DNA of 43,817 bases, from assembly GCA_030634465.1 (NCBI GenBank), contig DAOWAS010000003.1:1-43817 (forward strand), read 5' to 3'. The position numbers were made by a program, and so were the translations under genes. This DNA comes from Alphaproteobacteria bacterium (GTDB lineage: Bacteria > Pseudomonadota > Alphaproteobacteria > Sphingomonadales > SMXR01). Shown one piece after another: positions 37,798-43,817 of this stretch (the first letter of the stretch is position 1; each line of letters starts with the position of its first letter). The notes under the pieces were generated by a model that was given only the letters and a program-made list of their open reading frames with translations, did not search any database and was not told the origin of the DNA.

Positions 37798-39528
37798 ATG
37801 AAAATTTATGGGTTTTTATTAAGCATTGTTTTAGTTGCGGGTTTAGGTGCTTGCGATAGTGCAAACGAAGCAACAGGGACAAGCCATGCTGACAAGGTGT
37901 TTTATGCCAGCAAAATTTATACTGTTGATGAGGCAAACCCAATTGTTGATGCGGTTGCGGTTAAAAATGGTCGTATAGTATTTGTGGGTTCGGACGCTGA
38001 AGCGCAAGGTTTTATCGGCGAAACAACTGAGGTGGTTGATCTGGGTAGTGCCATAATGTTCCCTGGCTTTACAGATGGCCATGCCCATTTGCTAGGCATT
38101 GGCAGGCGTGAGGCAACGTTAAACTTGGAAGGTACAGCATCAATTGATGAGGTGCGCCGTAAGGTGGCAGATGCGTTGCAAGATATTGGTGTGGGCGAAG
38201 TTTTATATGGCCGTGGCTGGATTGAAACACATTGGCCTGAGGCAAGATTTTTAACCAAACACGACATAGACGACCTGTCGCCTAACAACCCTGTGGTTTT
38301 AACCCGTGCTGATGGTCATGCGCTTGTTGCCAACACACAGGCTTTAAACTTGGTTGGTATTGGTAAAAATACGGTAAGTGTTGATGGTGGTGAAATTCAC
38401 CACGACGACAATGGCGAGCCAAACGGTTTGTTAATTGATAATGCCCAATTTGAATTGTTGGCCATGGTTAGCAAGCAAAATGACGGGCAAAATGAAAAAT
38501 CATTTGAAATGGCAGGCGAGGTTTATGGTGCCTATGGTTGGACTGGCATTCATAACATGTCTGTTAACCCAAGTGATGTTAGCACAATAGAACGCTTGGC
38601 AGACAAAGGACAACTTGGCCTTAGGGTTTATAATTCAATTGATATGTCATCAGCTGGTGCGCTGAACAATATTGCGGTTAGCAGGTTATTGAACGATGGC
38701 CCCAGACAGTCACGTAATGGGCAGGTAATAACCCGTGCAATTAAAATTTATTTAGATGGTGCGCTCGGCTCTCGCGGGGCGGCACTGCTAGCGCCATATT
38801 CAGATGCGCCTCACACGTCTGGTTTAATGCGCAGTCAAAAAAGCGATGTAATGCCCATATTAAAAGAGGCGCTTCGTGTGGGTATTCAAATAAACACCCA
38901 TGCCATTGGCGACCGTGGCAATAGAATATTACTTAACTGGTATGAAGAGGCATTTGCCGCTGTGCCAAAGGGTGAGAGAACAATAGCAGAGCCACGCTGG
39001 CGCGATGAGCATAGCCAAATAGTTAGCCCTGATGATATTCCACGTTTTGTTGCTTTGGGCATAATTCCGTCTATGCAGCCATCACACGCCATTGGTGATT
39101 TGTTTTTTGCTCCTTCACGCCTTGGGGCTGAGCGTTTGGAGGGTGCATATGCATGGCAATCAATGCTTGATGCGGGCTCAATACTTGTTGGCGGCACCGA
39201 TGCGCCAGTTGAGCGCGGCGACCCTAGAATTGAGTTTTATGCCGCAGTGGCACGCATGTGGTTAGATGGTTCTTATGAAGATAGTTGGCACCGAGAAGAA
39301 GCTGTATCACGTGAAAACGCATTGAAAATGTTTACCTTGTGGCCTGCATATGCATCGTTTCAAGAGGGCAATTTAGGCAGTATTGAGGTGGGTAAATTTG
39401 CAGACTTTACTGTTTTCTCAAGCGATATTATGACAATTCCATATCAAGAAATTTTGCAAATTAAAACTGTGATGACGGTGATTGAAGGCGAAGTTGTGTA
39501 CAGCTCTCCTGAAAGCGTTCTTAATTAA
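37798..39528 (+). CDS. Amidohydrolase-3 (YtcJ-like) lipoprotein
   Basis: Lipobox LGAC; PGFTDGHAH, K..LDGALGSRGA, HAIGD, EHSQ, SMQP.H, GTDAPVE, G.IEVGK.ADF. Confidence 0.92.
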   Translation: MKIYGFLLSIVLVAGLGACDSANEATGTSHADKVFYASKIYTVDEANPIVDAVAVKNGRIVFVGSDAEAQGFIGETTEVVDLGSAIMFPGFTDGHAHLLGIGRREATLNLEGTASIDEVRRKVADALQDIGVGEVLYGRGWIETHWPEARFLTKHDIDDLSPNNPVVLTRADGHALVANTQALNLVGIGKNTVSVDGGEIHHDDNGEPNGLLIDNAQFELLAMVSKQNDGQNEKSFEMAGEVYGAYGWTGIHNMSVNPSDVSTIERLADKGQLGLRVYNSIDMSSAGALNNIAVSRLLNDGPRQSRNGQVITRAIKIYLDGALGSRGAALLAPYSDAPHTSGLMRSQKSDVMPILKEALRVGIQINTHAIGDRGNRILLNWYEEAFAAVPKGERTIAEPRWRDEHSQIVSPDDIPRFVALGIIPSMQPSHAIGDLFFAPSRLGAERLEGAYAWQSMLDAGSILVGGTDAPVERGDPRIEFYAAVARMWLDGSYEDSWHREEAVSRENALKMFTLWPAYASFQEGNLGSIEVGKFADFTVFSSDIMTIPYQEILQIKTVMTVIEGEVVYSSPESVLN

Positions 39529-39549
39529 GTTATTTGTTGAGCACAAAAT

Positions 39550-39581
39550 CACTTTATGTTACTAATTAGTAACATAAAGTG
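39550..39581. promoter_or_regulatory. Perfect 32-bp palindrome, probable TetR operator
   Basis: CACTTTATGTTACTAA|TTAGTAACATAAAGTG immediately upstream of the tetR start. Confidence 0.75.
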
Positions 39582-39588
39582 GGGTGAG

Positions 39589-40188
39589 GTGGCTGTGCGT
39601 AGCAAGGAAGCAACAAAAACTAAAATTCTAGATGCCGCCAAGGTTATTTTGGCTCGTGATGGCTTTGAGGGTTTAAAGATAAACAACCTAGCCGACGAGG
39701 CTGGTGTGGGTAAGCCGCTTATCTATAGATATTTTTCAGGTTTGGATGGTGTTGTGGCGGCATTGGCGCAGAATGCTGTTGCGAACGATAAGGACGGTGG
39801 GCAAAATATATTTGATATAAATGCGGGTGAAGTTGATGGTGATGTCTTGTTGCGAGATCTGCTTGCAGGTGGCAGGGGGTTGGCGTCAAACAGGTTAAGC
39901 CGTGACCTGTTGCTTTGGTCGCTAGCGTCAGACGACGCGCCTGATATTGCGGTGCTTGGTTCGGATGGCGGTGATTTGCCCGAGGTTGGCGGCGCTGATG
40001 GCACTGATGGCACTGATGCTGATGTAGACAGGCAGGCAACCTATGCGATTTTGAAAGCGGCTATTGCCTTTGTTGTGTTATATAGGGATCGTCATGACAG
40101 TTGGGCGGGCTTGCCCATAAAAACACCAAACAACATGGCGCGCATGGAGCGGGCGTTGGCAAAAATAGTTTCTAAAGTTTGGGGCTAG
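39589..40188 (+). CDS. TetR/AcrR-family regulator
   Basis: TKTKILDAAKVILARDGF.G.KINNLADEAGVGKPLIYRYF; GTG start at 39589 or 39595. Confidence 0.9.
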   Translation: MAVRSKEATKTKILDAAKVILARDGFEGLKINNLADEAGVGKPLIYRYFSGLDGVVAALAQNAVANDKDGGQNIFDINAGEVDGDVLLRDLLAGGRGLASNRLSRDLLLWSLASDDAPDIAVLGSDGGDLPEVGGADGTDGTDADVDRQATYAILKAAIAFVVLYRDRHDSWAGLPIKTPNNMARMERALAKIVSKVWG

Positions 40189-40244
40189 CTGGGGTTTGGA
40201 ATTAGTCAGGGTTTAGTGTTTGATGAAGCGTTGAGGAAAAACAA

Positions 40245-40457
40245 TTGAGTTTAGAGTTAACATTAATAATTTTGGCAGTGGGTGTTGTGCTTACGGCATT
40301 TTCAAACTGGAAGTCACGGCAAGAGTATTTGCCAGGCGAGTTGCCATTGTTGCCTTATAACGGTTTGCAGTTTGTCGGCATGATAATTGTTTTTGTGACA
40401 ATAGCCCATTTGATAACCATTTATACAGGCAAGCCGTTTACTGGTAGAATGGGCTAA
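40245..40457 (+). CDS. Small two-TM membrane protein
   Basis: GAGGA RBS, TTG start, two hydrophobic helices. Confidence 0.7.
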   Translation: MSLELTLIILAVGVVLTAFSNWKSRQEYLPGELPLLPYNGLQFVGMIIVFVTIAHLITIYTGKPFTGRMG

Positions 40458-40473
40458 GTTACCAATTGGTAAC
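40458..40473. promoter_or_regulatory. Perfect 16-bp palindrome related to the tetR operator core
   Basis: GTTACCAATTGGTAAC versus GTTACTAATTAGTAAC. Confidence 0.6.
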
Positions 40474-40676
40474 AAGTGGTAACAGTTGGCATGTCGCTGT
40501 GCTTTTTAATGGCAAATTTCCAATAATAATTTTCTAATGACAATATTGTGACGTTATTTTTAAAATTGAATGCAGTATTGTTCATTTGGTTTTAAGGGTT
40601 TGGTTTAAATAGTGTTGGTTGTATCCAGCTTTCGTTGTTTAATATAAAGCTGGTCGGCAATAATTAAGATGTGAGA

Positions 40677-41399
40677 ATGAAAATTTTTAATAAGTTATCA
40701 ACCGAAGAACTACAAGAAATGGCTGATGCCGGTTTAGAAGTATTAAACTGCCACCGTGTGCTGGCAAAAACTGGCGATAATATTGTTGGTGAACTGTTAA
40801 AGGGTTTTGACGATTTTTTTGAATGGGATCATTACCCAAAGGGCGATGCCATAGACAAGGCGACCAACAGCCAAATGTTTTATCATTCCCATAAGGTTGG
40901 TGAACGCGAAGCCGAACACGGTCACTTTCACACCTTTCTACATAAAAAAGCTTTTCCCAAGGGTGTAGAGCCGAAAAATTTGCCTGATAAAGACGAACTG
41001 CAAAATGCCCACCCGCTAACCCATCTTATCGGCATTTCAATGGATCAGTTTGGCATACCGTTTCGTTTGTTTACGGTAAACAGGTGGGTAACTGGCGAGG
41101 TTTGGTATGATTGCAATGATATTGTTCAGGCGATGGATGGTTTTGAAATTGACCTTGCCCACCCGTCATGGGCGGTGAATATATGGCTAAGCAATATGGT
41201 GCAATTATTCAAGCCGCAAATAATTGAACTGTTGCTTGAGCGTGATAAAGTGGTAAATAACTGGAGTGCAAGTAAGCCAGACAATTATGTTTATGAGGAC
41301 CGAGAGCTTGAGGTAACATCTGTTGTTGATATATCCGTGGACAAGCAAATTAATGGTGCTGTGGACGAGTTGGCTAAAAGAAATATAAAAATAATATAA
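40677..41399 (+). CDS. Uncharacterised His-motif protein (DUF6969-like)
   Basis: W.HYP.GD..D......FYHSH, EHGHFHTF, THLIGISMD..G.P..LFTVNRWVTGE; family name recalled, not searched. Confidence 0.65.
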   Translation: MKIFNKLSTEELQEMADAGLEVLNCHRVLAKTGDNIVGELLKGFDDFFEWDHYPKGDAIDKATNSQMFYHSHKVGEREAEHGHFHTFLHKKAFPKGVEPKNLPDKDELQNAHPLTHLIGISMDQFGIPFRLFTVNRWVTGEVWYDCNDIVQAMDGFEIDLAHPSWAVNIWLSNMVQLFKPQIIELLLERDKVVNNWSASKPDNYVYEDRELEVTSVVDISVDKQINGAVDELAKRNIKII

Positions 41400-41418
41400 T
41401 AAAAATAAGGAAAAGTTT

Positions 41419-42846
41419 GTGAGCATCAAACAGACAATTACCAAACTAAACATCATAAAAATTACATTCACATTGCTGCTAATGTTGCAGTTTATCGTTA
41501 GCCCTGTTCAGGCGCAGGAGCTTGAAAATTTAAGTGCGGATGAGCTGTTAATTTTGTCCAAGGTGGATGAAATGATGGCTGAGCAGGTTCAGTTTTTAGA
41601 AACAGTTGTAAATATAAATTCAGGAACCATGAACACTGCTGGTGTGCGTGCGGTAGGGCAAGAGTTCAGACAGAAGTTTGATGAAATAGGCTTTGAAACC
41701 TCATGGGTTGAAATGCCTACGGAAATGAACCGTGCTGGACATTTAGTTGCGCGTCACTCTGGTTATACTGGCTCTGGTTTTCAGATGATGCAAAACACAG
41801 ATAGAGATGAAGTGAGGTCAGGCGAGCAGAGGGATGTAACGTCGTTTCAAAAAGAAAGCTCAAAGGTTTTATTGCTAGGTCACTTGGATACTGTTTTTCC
41901 AGTAGATAGCGAATTTCAAAAATTTGAACTTGATGGTCATATGGCAAAAGGCCCGGGCATTGCCGACATGAAGGCAGGCAATGTTGTTATTTTATACGCT
42001 CTAAAGGCGTTGAGCGATGCTGGTCTTTTAGATGATGCTTCAATTGATGTTATGTTTACTGGTGATGAGGAAAGCGCAGGTAGCCCATTTTCATTAAGCC
42101 GTGGCCCTATGGTTGATTTGGCAAAAGAAAATGACGTGGTGCTAAGTTTTGAAAGTGGCAGGGTTAATGATGCGGTAATTGCCAGACGCGGTTCAAGCAA
42201 CTGGAGCTTGGAGGTTACTGGCAAGCGCGCTCATTCAGCGGGCATTTTTCGTGATGCCATTGGTGCGGGTGCTATTTTTGAAGCCTCACGCATTTTAAAT
42301 GCTTTTTATGAGGAGGTTAGGGGCGAGGAATATTTAACCTTTAACCCTGGCATAATTTTAGGCGGCACAAATGTTGATGCCGACTTCGAGCACTCAACTG
42401 GCACAGCTTTTGGTAAAACCAATGTGGTTGCCCAAACCGTTAAGGTAAGTGGTGGTTTGCGATTTTTATCTGAAGAGCAAAAGACAAGAGCAAGGGCAAG
42501 AATGCGTGAAATTGTAGCAAAAAACTTGCCGCAAACTTCTGCAGAAATAACATTTGAAGACAGGTACCCTGCCATGTCACCAACTGAGGGTAATATGCAA
42601 GTGTTTGAAATATTACGTAAAATTAATGCTGACCTGAACTATTTACCCTTGTCGCCAGTTGACCCAGGACAAAGAGGTGCGGGAGATATTTCTTTCGTTG
42701 CTCCCTACATTTCGGGCATAGATGCGCTAGGGCCATCAGGTCGTTTTGGCCATACAATTTATGAAGAATTGGACATGCGTACAATTGAACCCATGACCAA
42801 AAGAGCGGCACTGTTAATTTATAGGCTTATAAATCAGCAGGACTAA
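41419..42846 (+). CDS. Exported M20-family metallopeptidase (carboxypeptidase G2-like)
   Basis: Signal peptide (VQA/Q); VNINSGT, GHLDTVF, GPGIADMK, GDEE, C-terminal GHT..E. Confidence 0.9.
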   Translation: MSIKQTITKLNIIKITFTLLLMLQFIVSPVQAQELENLSADELLILSKVDEMMAEQVQFLETVVNINSGTMNTAGVRAVGQEFRQKFDEIGFETSWVEMPTEMNRAGHLVARHSGYTGSGFQMMQNTDRDEVRSGEQRDVTSFQKESSKVLLLGHLDTVFPVDSEFQKFELDGHMAKGPGIADMKAGNVVILYALKALSDAGLLDDASIDVMFTGDEESAGSPFSLSRGPMVDLAKENDVVLSFESGRVNDAVIARRGSSNWSLEVTGKRAHSAGIFRDAIGAGAIFEASRILNAFYEEVRGEEYLTFNPGIILGGTNVDADFEHSTGTAFGKTNVVAQTVKVSGGLRFLSEEQKTRARARMREIVAKNLPQTSAEITFEDRYPAMSPTEGNMQVFEILRKINADLNYLPLSPVDPGQRGAGDISFVAPYISGIDALGPSGRFGHTIYEELDMRTIEPMTKRAALLIYRLINQQD

Positions 42847-42952
42847 AGGTTATCTAGTCTTTACAGAGCACCTTTGATATGTTCTTTTGCATGTAAGTTG
42901 TGTTGGGGCGAGTTTATTTAATTTTATTATCGGATTATTAGGGAGAGATATC

Positions 42953-43513
42953 TTGGCATTTTTGGGGAGTAAACACTCTATCGTTCTAGGGCTGGCCATA
43001 GTTTTATTTGGTTATGGTTTTGGGGGCGAAGTTACCGACGCTGTTGGCGAAAACCTTTATTATCTTATTATTGTTTTGGGTTTGGCACTTGCCGCTTTTG
43101 GTGTTTTCAAACAAGTAACTAGTGGTGGGGAAGACGGCGATCTTTCTGAGGAAGAGCTTAGAAATAAGGTTATTCTTCACACTTTAGCCAGAATGACCAA
43201 TGCAGATAGCAATGTAATGCAGGTCGAGGTTGAATCAGTTATAGAAACATACAAATCCATAACGGGTTCTGAAATATCATCTAAAGACATCAGAGTGGCT
43301 GCTTTAGGCGAGTTGTTTGAAGAAAAACCATTTTGTTCATATCTTTCAAGATCTGAAAAACGCATTTCAGTAGAAAGCAAAAAGAAAATTATGAAGGCGC
43401 TGTCCACCATTATGCAATCAGATGGTGTTGTTGACCCGCAAGAGGTTGAGTTTTTCAACACAGTGGCGAAATGCTTGAACATGCAAGCTGGTGATTTGGT
43501 AGACATTTCTTAA
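42953..43513 (+). CDS. Membrane-anchored TerB-like domain protein
   Basis: Two TM segments, then LARMTNADS.V...E and IMQSDGVVDPQE motifs; TTG start at 42953 after GGGAG. Confidence 0.75.
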   Translation: MAFLGSKHSIVLGLAIVLFGYGFGGEVTDAVGENLYYLIIVLGLALAAFGVFKQVTSGGEDGDLSEEELRNKVILHTLARMTNADSNVMQVEVESVIETYKSITGSEISSKDIRVAALGELFEEKPFCSYLSRSEKRISVESKKKIMKALSTIMQSDGVVDPQEVEFFNTVAKCLNMQAGDLVDIS

Positions 43514-43540
43514 ATAAGATAATGCCAATTTAAGTTTTCT

Positions 43541-43577
43541 AAAGCCGTTCCATTAGCGTGGAGCGGCTTTTTCTTTT
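43541..43577 (+). terminator. Intrinsic terminator
   Basis: AAAGCCGTTCCA-ttagcg-TGGAGCGGCTTT followed by a T-rich run. Confidence 0.85.
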
Positions 43578-43608
43578 CATGATTTTGAATATATTATAAT
43601 TTAGGCAT

Positions 43609-43631
43609 AAAAAAACACGCAAATGCGTGTT
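43609..43631 (-). terminator. Minus-strand terminator, probably ending the candidate ncRNA
   Basis: AACACGC-attt-GCGTGTT then TTTTT. Confidence 0.65.
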
Positions 43632-43644
43632 CAAATTTGTTGCT

Positions 43645-43817
43645 TCTAAAAAACCCGGTGACGAGAGGGGGACAAGCCCCCTCAAGTCTACGCATATGGT
43701 TACCCAATGTTAGCCATATGGTTGCGGGTTAGGCCGAGGCCTTAACCAGACAATTCCAACTATTCCTAAGAATAACCTTCCTTGTCCCAGTTCCGCCTTA
43801 GGTTTGTTCCGAAGAAC
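43645..43817 (-). ncRNA. Candidate structured small RNA (5' end may lie outside the window)
   Basis: Consecutive hairpins with a closing helix, no ORF in the track, and a downstream minus-strand terminator. Confidence 0.55.

Noticed and set aside
39991-40017. Three 9-bp GGCRCTGAT repeats in tetR
   Set aside because: In-frame low-complexity loop (GADGTDGTD); a length change would not cause phase variation.
1-43817. CRISPR array, IS element, prophage or rRNA
   Set aside because: I saw no regularly spaced repeats, transposase, integrase, phage structural genes or rRNA-like sequence.

Overview
Core chromosomal segment of an alphaproteobacterium, judged from the gene set and order: TIGR02300/tRNA-Ala, cmk-rpsA-ihfB-lapA-pyrF-accD-folC, then trxA-addA-addB-murU-amgK-tsaE-divL-ahcY-HPr-EIIA-hprK-chvG-chvI on the minus strand. 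The left end holds a TPR lipoprotein, a Sel1/SPOR protein and a split PAS + cytoplasmic chemoreceptor pair. An AT-rich type II restriction-modification cassette (about 29.8-32.0 kb) sits between imperfect 20-bp direct repeats and has no mobility gene. The right part holds an NSS transporter, sufE, a sigma54/PspF-controlled psp operon with an extra PspC-domain gene and an unannotated 56-aa leader ORF, and an amidohydrolase/TetR/His-motif protein/M20 peptidase/TerB block with two related palindromic operators. A highly structured probable ncRNA lies at the right edge. aroA and trpFBA are cleanly absent from their usual positions. All calls come from reading motifs and gene context; no database searches were run.
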